Counted from the first letter of the stretch, positions 1-10,855 are shown. The stretch: DNA of 64,000 nt from an uncultured Gammaproteobacteria bacterium (GCA_963699835.1 CAVOVJ010000001.1:160946-224945), one strand, 5' to 3'. Program-made: numbers and translations. The notes: generated by a model not told the origin, from the letters alone.

Positions 1-245
1 CACCATTCAGCGCCGTCGGAAAGATCGAAACAAATATTGAAACCTACGCGATTCGTACCATCGGCGAGAATGATGACCCCCAGCAGCAGAAACAAAATCC
101 TGAATGTAATTCCGAGGAACCGGCGTGCCCGTCCACGTCCATGGCGGTGACGACTGTAGTGCCGTAGCCAGACCACCGCCACGACCACCATTGCTGCGCC
201 AATGACCAGGCTGAGAGGGCTGTCAATAAACGATTCGCCGGCCAC
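1..245 (-). CDS. Putative membrane protein, N-terminal part, runs off the window
   Basis: Manual translation from GTG at 245 gives an open frame to the window edge with two hydrophobic stretches (LSLVIGAAMVVVAVVWL; FRILFLLLGVIILA). Not in the ORF track. Confidence 0.4.
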   Translation of the reverse strand, partial: MAGESFIDSPLSLVIGAAMVVVAVVWLRHYSRHRHGRGRARRFLGITFRILFLLLGVIILADGTNRVGFNICFDLSDGAEW

Positions 246-263
246 CAGCGGACTCCAGCGTTT

Positions 264-2943
264 TCACAGGCGCAACATCAGGTTGACGACTTCGGGATCC
301 TGATCGTCCGGGGACAGATCGAAACCGATGGACTCGGCAAGACTCAACATGTTGCGATTCTCGCGCAAAACGACACCTTCCATAAAGCGTAGCCTGCGGT
401 CGCGAGCGATTTCGATCAGCGTCTTTAGCAGGCGCGTGGCAAGTCCGCGTCCCTGCCAGTTATCGGCGATTACAATGGCGAACTCACAGGACTCCTCGCC
501 AAGCATTGTCACGTAGCGAGCCACGCCGATCTGCCTTTCGGCGCCTTCCTTTTCAATCGTCGCGATTAGCGCCATTTCGCGGTCATAGTCGATCTGGGTA
601 AACCGCGACAGCATCGCCGGGGTGATTTCCTGCAACGCGTACATAAAGCGGAAATACCGTGATTGTTCCGACAGGCCATTGACAAACTCGCGTTCGATCA
701 GCGCGTCTTCGGGCCGGATCGGCCGGATCGTGATCGACGTTCCATCTGTGAGATCCCAGTCCTGAACCAGATCCGTCGGATAGGGATGGATAGCCATATG
801 GTCATAGCCGGCAGCCGACGACGTGACCCGGTCGACGACGACACGGGCATCCATGACGACGACACCCTTATCGTCGGCGATGACGGGATTCAGGTCGAGT
901 TCCTTGAGCCAGCGTAACTCGCACACCATTTCCGATACCCGCAGCAGCAGATCCTCGAGTGCGCGCATGTCCGCGGCGGGCGAACCACGAAACGATTCGA
1001 GATAGTGTGCGGCCCGGGTATTGGCAATCAGGCTGCGCGCCAGAAAGCGGTTCAACGGTGGCAGTGCGACCGCGCGGTCGCGCAAAATTTCCACCATGGT
1101 GCCGCCAAGGCCGAAACTGATCGCGGGGCCGAACACAGCATCGCTGACAACACCGATCATCAACTCGCGCCCGTTGCGGCGCTGCCACATCGGTTCGATC
1201 GCCACCCCCTGGATCTTTGCGTCCGGGCAGCGCTCGGTCACCGTGTCGATCATTTTCTGATAAGTGCTGCGGACCTCCCGCGCGGTTGCGATCCCCAGTT
1301 GCGACCCCGCCGACATCGGTTTTGTGGGTGATGTCAGGCGACAAAATCTTCATCGCTACCGGGAGGCCGATTTCGGTCGCCAGCAACACCGCGTCCGAGG
1401 CACTATGCGCGGGAATGCTTTTGATGACCGGTACATTGAAGGCAGCCAGGAGCGCTTTCGATTCGGCCAGGGTCAGCACTTTACGGCGTTCATCCAGCAC
1501 TGATTCGATAATCAGTTTCGCGCTGTCGACATCGGGCGGCGACTGTCGCGTAAGCGGTTCCGGGACCTGCAAGAGTTGCTGCTGGCTATCGCGGTAAAGG
1601 GCAATCGCGGCGAATGCGCGCACCGCGGCCTCCGGTGTGCGATAGCTCGGAATATTATTCTCACGGAACGCTGCGTGACTGCTCGCAACTGCCGGTTCTC
1701 CCATCCAGCAGGTAAAAATCGGTTTCTCCGAGCCACTCGCGATCACGATCAGTTTTTCGGCAACGTCGGCGGGCGCCGATAACGCCTGCGGGGTCAGGAT
1801 GGCGAGCACGGCGTCGACGCCCGGATCCTCAATGCACGCAAGCAAAGCCTCCTGGTAGCGTTCCGGGCTGGCGTCCCCGAGTACATCGACCGGGTTGGCG
1901 TGGGACCAGGATGGCGGCAGAGCCCGATCAAGTCGTTCGACGGTCTCTTTGCCGAGTTCCGCAAGGGTCACATTGCGATTGACGCACTCGTCCGCAGCCA
2001 TCACGCCCGGTCCGCCGGCGTTGGTCACGATGGCCAGTCTGTCGCCATGGCAACGTACACCGGAATCGAGGGTCGCGGCCGCCGAGAAAAAGTTGGCAAA
2101 GGTCGGGACCCGCAAAACACCGGCGCGCTTCAGCGCGGCATCGAATATGTCGTCCGATCCGACGATTGCGCCGGTGTGCGATACCGCGGCGCGCGAGCCA
2201 GCCTCGTGACGGCCGGATTTCATCACCACCACCGGCTTTGCCCTTGCCGCTGCACGCAAGGCGCTCATGAAGTGACGGGTTTGATGGACGCCCTCGATGT
2301 ACAGCATGATGCTGTCGGTCTGCGGGTCGGCAATCAGGTAGTCGAGAATCTCGCCAAATCCGACATCGGCAGACGTCCCTGTCGAGATCACGGCCGAGAA
2401 CCCTACGTTGTTTGGCCGCGCCCAATCCAGAATCGCGGTACACAGTGCCCCTGACTGCGATACCAGTGCGATCCGCCCCTCGTTGGCATTACTGTGACTG
2501 AATGTTGCATTGAACCCTATGCTCGGGCGTATCACGCCGAGGCAATTCGGCCCGAGAAAGCGGATACCGGCGCGGCGCGCACGTTTGACCGTGAGTCTTT
2601 CGAGCGCCCGGCCCGACTCTCCTGCTTCGGCGAAACCTGCCGAGATGACAATCGCGCCCGCGACTTCCATCTCGCCGCACTCGGAGATGATATTCGGCAC
2701 TGTTGATGCCGGTGTCGCGATAATTGCGAGGTCGACTGACTTGCGGACGAGCTTGAGCGACGGATAGCACTTGTGCGAGCCGATTTTCTTGTATTTTGGG
2801 TTGATCCTGTAGATGCGCCCCTTGTAGCCGGCCAGGTGAAGATTCCGCAGCAGAATACTGCCGATTGAGTCCTCTTTGGCGCTCGCGCCATAAAGCGCGA
2901 TGGACGTGGGTTCAAAAATCGGTTTTACACCTGATCTTCGCAT
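264..2943 (-). CDS. pat: Acyl-CoA ligase (ADP-forming)-GNAT fusion, Pat/PatZ-type protein lysine acetyltransferase; frameshift near 1303
   Basis: ORF 868..2943 has CoA-binding/ligase motifs (FLGPNCLG, SQSGAL, SHTGAI, NPVDVLGDA). ORF 264..1316 has the ATP-grasp end (FGPAISFGLGG, ELDLNP) and a GNAT domain (WQGRGLA). Removing one base joins them as THKTDVGGVQLGI. Confidence 0.9.
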
Positions 2944-3027
2944 CTTTGCAGCACTCCTGCGGCACCGTTCTGTGCTAGCTTAGGCACACAGTATGACAGT
3001 TGATCACCGCGACGGCAGCCTTACCAT

Positions 3028-3954
3028 ATGAGTACCGCGTATTTTTATCATCCGGTCTTTGCAAAGCATCAAATGGTTGACGGGCATCCGGAGTGCCCGC
3101 AGCGACTGGCGGCCATTGAGGATCAGCTAAAAGCAACGGGAATTTTTGATTTTCTGCTCCATCGCGAGGCCCCTCTCGCCGACCGCGATGAGTTGCTCAG
3201 AGTGCATACCCAGACCCATGTCGATGCCATGTTCGCGCGTTCGCCGCGCGAGGGACTGGAGCATATCGACCCCGATACCTACATGAATCCGTTTACGCTG
3301 GAGGCGGCGTTGCGCGCGGCCGGCGCGGTTGTAGAGGCGACCCGTATGGTGATTGACGGGGAGGCGCAAAACGCTTTCTGCAACGTTCGCCCGCCCGGGC
3401 ATCATGCCGAACGGTCGACCGCGATGGGGTTTTGTTTTTTCAATAATGTCGCCGTGGCGGCAGCGTATGCGCTGGAGGTTGGCGGGCTCGAAAGAGTCGC
3501 GGTCGTCGATTTCGACGTCCATCACGGTAACGGTACCGAGGACATTTTCTGGCACGATAAACGAGTCATGGTCTGCTCGAGTTATCAGCACCCGCTTTAC
3601 CCCTATTCGGGCGCGCCGAGTATTCCCGGCCACATCGTCAACACGCCGTTACCTGCCGGTACCCGCGGCGATGGCTTTCGCGATGCGGTGCTGAGTCGAT
3701 GGCTGCCGGAGCTGGAGGCCTTTGCGCCGCAACTGATTTTGATATCCGCCGGTTTCGATGGGCATGTCCAGGACCCGCTTGCCAATCTCGCACTCACTGA
3801 GAACGATTACGAGTGGATCACGACGACGGTACTCGATCTGGCAAAGCGCCATGCCGGCGGCCGGGTGGTTTCGACACTGGAGGGGGGGTACGATCTCGGC
3901 GCACTCGGCCGCTCCGCGGCACGTCACGTGCGCACGCTCTACGACGCCGGATAG
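3028..3954 (+). CDS. Zn-dependent histone deacetylase family protein
   Basis: HPECPQRL, RPPGHHA, GFCFFNN, DFDVHHGNGT, SAGFDGH and LEGGY motifs. Confidence 0.93.
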   Translation: MSTAYFYHPVFAKHQMVDGHPECPQRLAAIEDQLKATGIFDFLLHREAPLADRDELLRVHTQTHVDAMFARSPREGLEHIDPDTYMNPFTLEAALRAAGAVVEATRMVIDGEAQNAFCNVRPPGHHAERSTAMGFCFFNNVAVAAAYALEVGGLERVAVVDFDVHHGNGTEDIFWHDKRVMVCSSYQHPLYPYSGAPSIPGHIVNTPLPAGTRGDGFRDAVLSRWLPELEAFAPQLILISAGFDGHVQDPLANLALTENDYEWITTTVLDLAKRHAGGRVVSTLEGGYDLGALGRSAARHVRTLYDAG

Positions 3955-3975
3955 CTTGTCCCGCCCCGCGCTGGT

Positions 3976-4836
3976 CTAAAGGCGTTCATCCGGAACCGCA
4001 AGTACCGGGCATTGCGCTTCGCCAAGCACCGCGAGAGTCACGCTGTTCGCGGCAGCACCGAAAATGCCCTCGTCCGTCCTCCCGGTGGTAACAATCAGGT
4101 CCGCCGACAGTTGCCTGGCAAAACGCAATATGTTCTCTGCCGGATCGCCGTCGCGAAGGTGTTGGCGAACGCTAACGCGCCGGTCCGCGCTGAGCTCCAG
4201 TGGCATCACCGGAGCCTGCTCGCCCACATGTAGCACATGCACCTCGGCCTCCGGCTCGCCGGTAATCAGTGCAACGCGGGTCGCATAAACGAATGCAGCA
4301 CGCGGGTCCGGTTGATGATCGACCGCCACCAGAATACGTTTCAGCGTGAGATCGCCGTCAGGTGAGACAAATCCGGCGCATCCCCTGGGGATAAACAGCG
4401 TCATGGCATCGGATCGTTTGGCGACGCTCCGGGCTACCGATCCGCGCAGCCAGTGCGGGAGGCCGGCACTGGTGTCGGTCGCAAGTACCAGCAGATCAGG
4501 CGGATTGTCGTCAAGGTACTCGGCCAGCGCGCCGATGGTATTGCGACTCCCGGATGCGACTTTATTGACCCTAATTCCGAGTTTTTCGAACATTGCGGTC
4601 GGCGGACTCTGCGGCGGCAGAACGTCCCAATCTTCGAGTGTCTTGCGAACGCCCGGATAACGTGACCAGTCGGGGCCTTCACGATGTTCCGGTCCGGTAT
4701 TCATGATCGTCAATTCGCCGGCCCGCAGCAGGGCGATGGCCAGCGCGTGATAGAAGGCGGTGTTACTGGCCTCGGAAAAGTCCGTCGCATGAAATACCGA
4801 ATTTACAAACGGAACCGGTGGTAAGGGTTCTTGCAT
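3976..4836 (-). CDS. Tandem-domain universal stress protein
   Basis: HATDFSEAS, LRGSVARSV, RILVAVD and CPVLAV repeats typical of two USP domains. Confidence 0.85.
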   Translation of the reverse strand: MQEPLPPVPFVNSVFHATDFSEASNTAFYHALAIALLRAGELTIMNTGPEHREGPDWSRYPGVRKTLEDWDVLPPQSPPTAMFEKLGIRVNKVASGSRNTIGALAEYLDDNPPDLLVLATDTSAGLPHWLRGSVARSVAKRSDAMTLFIPRGCAGFVSPDGDLTLKRILVAVDHQPDPRAAFVYATRVALITGEPEAEVHVLHVGEQAPVMPLELSADRRVSVRQHLRDGDPAENILRFARQLSADLIVTTGRTDEGIFGAAANSVTLAVLGEAQCPVLAVPDERL

Positions 4837-4863
4837 GGGTTTCGCCTTCCTTTTCCCATTTCT

Positions 4864-5172
4864 CTAGCGATAGGTCTCAACGCGTATGTCTTGCAGGCGG
4901 AAGCCGACAAAGGTCAGGGTACGGACGAACTCTGTCGAGCTCTTTTGGTAGACCCAGACTTCGCGTTTGGTCGAATCGCTGCCGGATACGACCTCACGAT
5001 AATCGGGTTCACCGCATTTGCTGAGCACGGTGGTCTTGGAGTCATTGAGCTTGATAATGCGGCTGCCACAGCGCATCTGATCACCCGCCCTTAGCGAGCC
5101 AGGTGCCAGCGATAGCGCGACAATTACCGCGGTTAATGCTGTCGTAAGAGTTCGAGTACCGAGGGGTGTCAT
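4864..5172 (-). CDS. Small exported DUF2845-like protein
   Basis: Signal peptide followed by MRCGSRII...VLSKCGEP...EVWVY, the DUF2845 pattern. Confidence 0.7.
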   Translation of the reverse strand: MTPLGTRTLTTALTAVIVALSLAPGSLRAGDQMRCGSRIIKLNDSKTTVLSKCGEPDYREVVSGSDSTKREVWVYQKSSTEFVRTLTFVGFRLQDIRVETYR

Positions 5173-5258
5173 TGCCGAAACCTGTCATATCACACCACAG
5201 AAGCATAATCGGAAGGGAGCCCAGATTCCATTCTCCGGTCCTTGTGCCTACCTTATGT

Positions 5259-6183
5259 TCAAGCGGATTCTGAGGCGCGAGACATATCGGTGATGCAATG
5301 CCTGTCTCCCGCGATAGCCTCATCGGCACAGCCAGTGGTTTCCAGCTGCACCGTTGAATGGTCGATGCCGAATTTCGCTACCAGAATCTGCTTGATGTCG
5401 ATCAGTGCAGCGACCGGATCGCTCCCAGCGGAAAGCTCGACATGCAGTGTCACCATCGGATGTTCTCGCGTCAGGCACCACGCATGCATGTGGTGGATAC
5501 CGACAACCCCACTGACCTCGCTGCAGAGAACTCGCCGGACCGCATCGAGATCGAGCCAGTCAGGCGTGCCCTCGAGCAGAATATGGGCGGACTGGCGTAA
5601 CAGCTTCCAGGCGTTGCGCAATACCAAAGCGGCCACCACCAGCGACAAAACGGGGTCGACCCGGGTCCAGCCGAACAGCGCGATAAGTACTGCAGCGATT
5701 ATGGCCGCCACGGAGCCGAGTAAATCGCTCAGCACATGTAACGTCGCGCCGCGAATGTTGAGATTGTTGCGATCGCCGCCATGCAGAATAATGAAAGCAG
5801 CAGCATTGGCGGCCAGACCGAGAACCGCAACTACCAGCATCGTGCCCACGGCAATCGGTCGCGGTTCGAGGAGGCGCCCAACCGCCTCGATTGCAATCCA
5901 TACGACGATCAGGAAGAGTGCCGTGCCATTGCCGAGTGCCGCAAGTACCTGGGCGCGCTGATAGCCGTACGAGCGGCGCGGATCGGAAGGTCTCTCGGCG
6001 AGCCTGAACGCGTACAACGCAACAGCGAGCGCAAGGCTATCCGTGAGCATGTGGCCGGCATCGGCCAGCAGCGCGAGTGAACCCGACAGCCAGCCACCTG
6101 CAGCTTCGACGACCATGAACGCTGGCCGTGACTGTCAGCGCCCAGCCGACCCGCCGTTGGTTGTCGTGATGTGCGCCTGTCAC
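5259..6183 (-). CDS. Cation diffusion facilitator (ZitB/CzcD-like Zn/Co/Cd exporter); frameshift near 6120
   Basis: SGSLALLADAGHMLTD, SYGYQRAQ, LHVLSDLLGS and FGIDHSTVQLE motifs. The N-terminus (GTG at 6183, TGAHHDNQRRVGWALTVT) is one base out of frame. Confidence 0.9.
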
Positions 6184-6201
6184 GGCCGAGGTTGTCCGCC
6201 G

Positions 6202-6669
6202 CTATTCCTTGGCGTCATCCGCCGGCCAGTCGAATTCGATCACTTCCCAGCGATTGGTGTCCTCATGGCGCGCCGTGCGCCGTATCGCGTCCTCGATGCT
6301 GCGATGATTCCATTCGCCGATTTCATCCGCGCGCTCGCGCAGCCATTCCGGTACGTCGCCGGTCCCGAACTGCTCCATCACGATCACCGGCTTGTTCATC
6401 GCCTGGGCTGCATTGACCTGGAATTCGATCCATTCGCGAAAAGGCGCATACATGCTGGCGAGAATGATCACCGTTTCCGCCGGCTCGATCTGGCTCCTGA
6501 GCTCGGCCTTGAGGTCTTCTTTCGTCCCTGCCGGTTTGTCTGCGGGTTTGCTGTAGTTCAGATAGTAGAAATTGGTGGTACTTTCGAGGTACTCGAACAC
6601 CCGGAAATAGTCGTCCTGATCCTGCCACAGATGACTTACATACAGTTTGAACGGGTTGCGTTGGGACAT
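6202..6669 (-). CDS. MTH538/DUF1863 (ThsB-like) TIR-domain protein with Gln at the catalytic Glu position
   Basis: LYVSHLW...YLNYSKP...VIILASMY...WIEFQV..A..MNKPVI...ADEI.EWN..SI.DAIR follows the ThsB-type TIR pattern along the whole length. Confidence 0.8.
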   Translation of the reverse strand: MSQRNPFKLYVSHLWQDQDDYFRVFEYLESTTNFYYLNYSKPADKPAGTKEDLKAELRSQIEPAETVIILASMYAPFREWIEFQVNAAQAMNKPVIVMEQFGTGDVPEWLRERADEIGEWNHRSIEDAIRRTARHEDTNRWEVIEFDWPADDAKE

Positions 6670-6700
6670 TTACGCGAACTCCCCTTGCCATGTAGTTGAT

Positions 6701-6756
6701 ATTCTAGCGAACGTCGGTCATATCTGTCTCGGCGCAGTGACCAAATCCACTATAAT
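6701..6756. promoter_or_regulatory. Candidate divergent sigma70 -10 elements
   Basis: TATAAT at 6751-6756 (+, towards the EEP gene) and TAGAAT at 6706-6701 (-, towards the TIR gene). No clear -35 elements. Confidence 0.4.
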
Positions 6757-6827
6757 GGTCGCTTGCCCGGAGGGATTGGCGGCCATTGGGCCGGCCTCAA
6801 CATTGATCGCGAGAGATACACGACCCG

Positions 6828-7583
6828 ATGCGCTTACTTCTTTGGAACATCCGCTACGCCTCGGGCTATGGCCCAAGTTTTCATCTTCCCGTACCCGGTG
6901 CCGGCTATCTTCGCAGTAACCGTGACAACCTGGAGCGAATAACCCGCTTCATCCATGGCTATGACCCGGATATCGTCGGACTCGTCGAGGTCGATACCGG
7001 CTCGATCCGCTCGGGCGGGGTCAACCAGGCCGAGGCCATGGCGGATTCCATGGGGCATTACTCGACCTACCAGTGCAAGTACGGCCAGGAGAGCCTCAAC
7101 CGCGGCCTGCCCATCGTGCGCAAACAGGCCAATGCTTTCCTCGCAGCACCGCGGGTAAAAGGCGAGCGCTTCCATTATTTCGACACCGGCATCAAGCGTC
7201 TGATCATTGAGCTGGAGCTCGATCAGCTGTCGGTGTTCCTGGTCCATCTATCGCTGAAATACCGACATCGTCATTTTCAGTTGCGTTATCTCCACGAGCT
7301 GATCGGGGCGACTTCAAAGCCCGTTATCGTTGCGGGTGACTTCAATACCTTCTGGGGCGAACACGAGATTTATCTTTTCATGGAGGCGGCAGGGCTGAAA
7401 AGCGCAAACGTTGAAGGCCTGCCCTCCTATCCCAGCCGATCGCCGCGCAAAGAGCTCGATTTCATCCTCTACGGTGACGGCATTTCAGTCGAAAACTTCG
7501 AGATTCCATCCGTTACATTTTCCGATCATCTGCCGCTGGTCTGCGATTTCAAAATTGGCCGGCGCAAACGCAGGGCCGCCTGA
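6828..7583 (+). CDS. Endonuclease/exonuclease/phosphatase (EEP) family protein
   Basis: WNI, GLVEVD, VHLSL, AGDFN, LDFI and SDHLP motifs. Confidence 0.9.
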   Translation: MRLLLWNIRYASGYGPSFHLPVPGAGYLRSNRDNLERITRFIHGYDPDIVGLVEVDTGSIRSGGVNQAEAMADSMGHYSTYQCKYGQESLNRGLPIVRKQANAFLAAPRVKGERFHYFDTGIKRLIIELELDQLSVFLVHLSLKYRHRHFQLRYLHELIGATSKPVIVAGDFNTFWGEHEIYLFMEAAGLKSANVEGLPSYPSRSPRKELDFILYGDGISVENFEIPSVTFSDHLPLVCDFKIGRRKRRAA

Positions 7584-7613
7584 CGGCCTGCTAAGCGATA
7601 CAGGAGTAGCACC

Positions 7614-9668
7614 ATGACTGAGGGCCACAGCGCAACCCATTGGCGTATCGAGGACGATGCGCGAGGCGTGGTGTTGCTGACTCTGGACAAGGCCGACGCT
7701 TCAGCCAATGTTCTTTCGGGCGATGTGATGCGGGAGCTGTCCGATTGTCTCGATATTCTCGAGACCCGCGCTCCGCAGGGACTGGTCATTCGCTCCGGTA
7801 AGGCAAAGGGGTTTATTGCCGGGGCCGATATCAAGGAATTCACCAGTATCCACTCGCTCGAGGATGCCGTGCGCCTGGTGCGTCTCGGTCAGGGTCTGAT
7901 CAACCGGATCGAGGCGTTGCCATTCCCCGTCGTCGCTGCGCTGAACGGATTTGCGCTCGGCGGCGGCCTGGAGCTGGCCATGGCGTGTCACCATCGCGTC
8001 ATTGTCGATGACCCGAAAGCGGTCGTCGGCCTACCCGAGGTGCGGCTTGGCATTCACCCGGGGTTTGGCGGCACCGTGCGCGCGCCGCGACTGGCTGGCG
8101 TGGTCGAGGGCATGCAGATGATGTTGACCGGGCGGGCGCTGCGTCCGGATCGCGCTCTGCGGCTGGGTCTCGTCGACAAAGTCGTGGCCCATGACCAGCT
8201 CGTCGACAGCGCGGTTGCGATGGCTCTGAATCCCCCCGGACCGCGCAAAAAGCCGTTCAAGGAGCGGTTCCTGTCGTTCGCACCGGTGCGCGGGATCATC
8301 GCGGAGAAGATGGTGAAGCAGGTGGCGCGCCAGGCGCGGCCCGAACACTATCCGGCGCCTTACGCGATTATTGATCTGTGGCGCCGTTTTGGCAGCGCCG
8401 GCGATTCCGAGAGGTATGAACAGGAAGCGCAGAGTTTTGCCCGTTTGATGATCGGCGATACCGCGCAAAACCTGGTTCGGGTTTTCTTTTTGCAGGACCG
8501 GATGAAAGCGCTCGGCGGCAGGCGGAAGTCGGACGTTTCGCATGTGCATGTCGTCGGCGCCGGGGTAATGGGTGGCGACATCGCGGCCTGGTGTGCGTTG
8601 CGTGGTCTCGAAGTCACGCTGCAGGATCGCGAACTGCGGTATATCGAGCCGGCGCTGGAGCGGGCACGCAAATTATTCGAGCGCAAAACCCGCGGCGAAG
8701 CGGCTCTCAATGAAGCCATTGGCAGGCTGCGTGCTGATGTCGACGGTGAGGGTGCGGCGCGGGCTGACCTGGTCATCGAGGCGATTTTCGAGGATGCGGA
8801 AGCGAAGAAAACGCTTTATCGCGATCTCGACACCCGGATGAAGCCGGGCGCATTACTGGCTACCAACACGTCGAGTATCCGACTCGAGATTTTGCGTGAA
8901 GGTCTGCGTGAGCCCGACCGGCTTATCGGACTGCATTTCTTCAACCCGGTGGCAAAAATGCCGTTGGTGGAGGTGATACATACGTCCTCAACCGAGCAGG
9001 CAGCGGTCGATCGCGGCCTTGCATTCGCGAAGCAGATCGATCGCCTTCCCCTGCCCTGCCTCAGCGCGCCAGGTTTCCTGGTTAATCGGGTGCTCGGCCC
9101 GTACATGATGGAGGCCTTTCTGTTGGCCGAGGAGGGTGTGCCGCTTGCAACGATCGATGCAGCAGCGGAAGCATTTGGCATGCCAATGGGGCCGGTCGAA
9201 CTGGCCGATACCGTGGGTCTCGATGTGGCGCTCCATGTAGGCCGGATTCTCGGCGAGGCATTTGGCCTTCCGGTTCCGGACAAGCTTCAGGAGATGGTCG
9301 ACAAGAAAACGCTCGGACGGAAAACCGGCGAGGGCTTTTATATCTATCAGGACGGCAAGCCGGTCAAGCCGGATGCCGGCGCCTACTCACCTCCGGCAGA
9401 TCTCAGCGATCGTCTGATTCTGCCTCTGCTTAACCAGGTGGCCGCCTGTTTGCGCGAAGGTGTCGTGGACGACGCCGATCTCGCGGACGCCGGTGTTATT
9501 TTTGGGACGGGATTCGCGCCATTTACCGGCGGTCCGCTGCATTATGCGCGTAAGCGCGGAATCGGCAACGTCGTCGCGACGTTGCAACGACTGGAGCAGA
9601 GCCATGGTGAGCGGTTCCGTCCAGACCCCGGCTGGGATGAACTGGCCGCCGCCGAGGGGACGAAGTGA
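7614..9668 (+). CDS. fadJ: Fatty acid oxidation complex alpha subunit (enoyl-CoA hydratase/3-hydroxyacyl-CoA dehydrogenase)
   Basis: FIAGADI, LGGGLELA, GLPEVRLG, GAGVMGG, NTSS, GLHFFNPV and PMGP motifs. Confidence 0.92.
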   Translation: MTEGHSATHWRIEDDARGVVLLTLDKADASANVLSGDVMRELSDCLDILETRAPQGLVIRSGKAKGFIAGADIKEFTSIHSLEDAVRLVRLGQGLINRIEALPFPVVAALNGFALGGGLELAMACHHRVIVDDPKAVVGLPEVRLGIHPGFGGTVRAPRLAGVVEGMQMMLTGRALRPDRALRLGLVDKVVAHDQLVDSAVAMALNPPGPRKKPFKERFLSFAPVRGIIAEKMVKQVARQARPEHYPAPYAIIDLWRRFGSAGDSERYEQEAQSFARLMIGDTAQNLVRVFFLQDRMKALGGRRKSDVSHVHVVGAGVMGGDIAAWCALRGLEVTLQDRELRYIEPALERARKLFERKTRGEAALNEAIGRLRADVDGEGAARADLVIEAIFEDAEAKKTLYRDLDTRMKPGALLATNTSSIRLEILREGLREPDRLIGLHFFNPVAKMPLVEVIHTSSTEQAAVDRGLAFAKQIDRLPLPCLSAPGFLVNRVLGPYMMEAFLLAEEGVPLATIDAAAEAFGMPMGPVELADTVGLDVALHVGRILGEAFGLPVPDKLQEMVDKKTLGRKTGEGFYIYQDGKPVKPDAGAYSPPADLSDRLILPLLNQVAACLREGVVDDADLADAGVIFGTGFAPFTGGPLHYARKRGIGNVVATLQRLEQSHGERFRPDPGWDELAAAEGTK

Positions 9669-9700
9669 CCGGCTGATCGACCGGAGGGACAGCGGCCCTG

Positions 9701-9709
9701 TGCTAGAAT
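9701..9709 (+). promoter_or_regulatory. Candidate extended -10 promoter
   Basis: TG-C-TAGAAT about 75 nt upstream of the ATG at 9784. Confidence 0.4.
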
Positions 9710-9783
9710 CTGCGGCCGCCGGGTCTGTCGTGGTTGTGCCCGGTTTGGGCTCGCCCGAACAGTCGTTTTTGCTGTGAGTATCA

Positions 9784-10842
9784 ATGGACGTCAAACAAGT
9801 CGACATCGCGCTCCTGAAGACCCTGTCCCCGCTGGATGGGCTCAAGTCGGAGAATCTGCAGGCGCTGGTCAAAAAGACTGCCGTCCGGAGCATTGCCGCC
9901 GGTCGTTTCCTGTTCAAGGAAGGGGACGAGGAGCACCGAACCATCTACGTTTTGTCGGGCGAGATCGAACTGCTTGAAGGCGACCACCTGGTCCGCACGG
10001 TCACGGGCGGTCTGGCCGAAGCGCAGAATCCTTTGATGCCGCGATTGCCGCGCCCGGTAAGCGCGCGCGCCAAAACCGACGTGGCTTATATTTCAATCGA
10101 TAGTGATCTGCTCGACGTCATGCTGACATGGGACCAGACAGGATCCTACGAAGTCAGCGAATTGCGCGAGGATCTGGCGCCGTCGCAGGACGACTGGATG
10201 ACCACGCTGCTGCAGACCAAGGCGTTTCACCGCATTCCGCCGGCCAATATTCAGGCGATCTTCATGCGCATGCAGCAGGTCAATCACAAGGCGGGTGACC
10301 TGGTCCTCAAACAGGGGGACGAAGGCGATTTTTTCTACGTGATCACGAAGGGACGTTGCCTGGTCACGCGTGAGACGCCGCTGAACAAGGAAGGTATCAA
10401 GCTGGCCGAACTCAGGGTCGGCGATACGTTCGGCGAGGAAGCATTGATTTCGGAAGCCAAGCGCAACGCCACGGTGACGATGCTGAGCGACGGGTCGTTG
10501 ATGCGGCTGGCGAAAGATGACTTCAAGACGCTGCTGAACGAACCGCTGCTGCACTGGGCAACCATGGAGCAGGCACGCCAGATGGTGGCCGATGGCGCCA
10601 AATGGCTTGATGTCAGGTTACCGAGCGAATTCGAGAACTACCATCTCGACGAGGCGCTCAACATCCCGCTTTACTTCATCCGGCTCAAGCTCCAGGCACT
10701 CGACCCGGATACCAAGTACATCGTGGTCTGCGATACCGGACGACGCAGTTCCGCCGCCGCATTCATACTGAGTGAGCGTGGTTTTGACGCCTATGTGCTG
10801 CAGGGCGGACTGACGCTGTCGGACACGGAACAACCCGCCTGA
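9784..10842 (+). CDS. Tandem cyclic-nucleotide-binding domains plus C-terminal rhodanese domain
   Basis: LFKEGD (degenerate first domain); KQGDEGDFFYVI...FGEEAL...RNATV (canonical second domain); LDVR...CDTGRRS...LQGG (rhodanese). Confidence 0.85.
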   Translation: MDVKQVDIALLKTLSPLDGLKSENLQALVKKTAVRSIAAGRFLFKEGDEEHRTIYVLSGEIELLEGDHLVRTVTGGLAEAQNPLMPRLPRPVSARAKTDVAYISIDSDLLDVMLTWDQTGSYEVSELREDLAPSQDDWMTTLLQTKAFHRIPPANIQAIFMRMQQVNHKAGDLVLKQGDEGDFFYVITKGRCLVTRETPLNKEGIKLAELRVGDTFGEEALISEAKRNATVTMLSDGSLMRLAKDDFKTLLNEPLLHWATMEQARQMVADGAKWLDVRLPSEFENYHLDEALNIPLYFIRLKLQALDPDTKYIVVCDTGRRSSAAAFILSERGFDAYVLQGGLTLSDTEQPA

Positions 10843-10855
10843 AGCGAATCAGGCT

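Noticed and set aside
6202-7583. Complete Thoeris or other TIR anti-phage system
   Set aside because: No ThsA-type effector or defence-island context, and the catalytic Glu appears to be absent.
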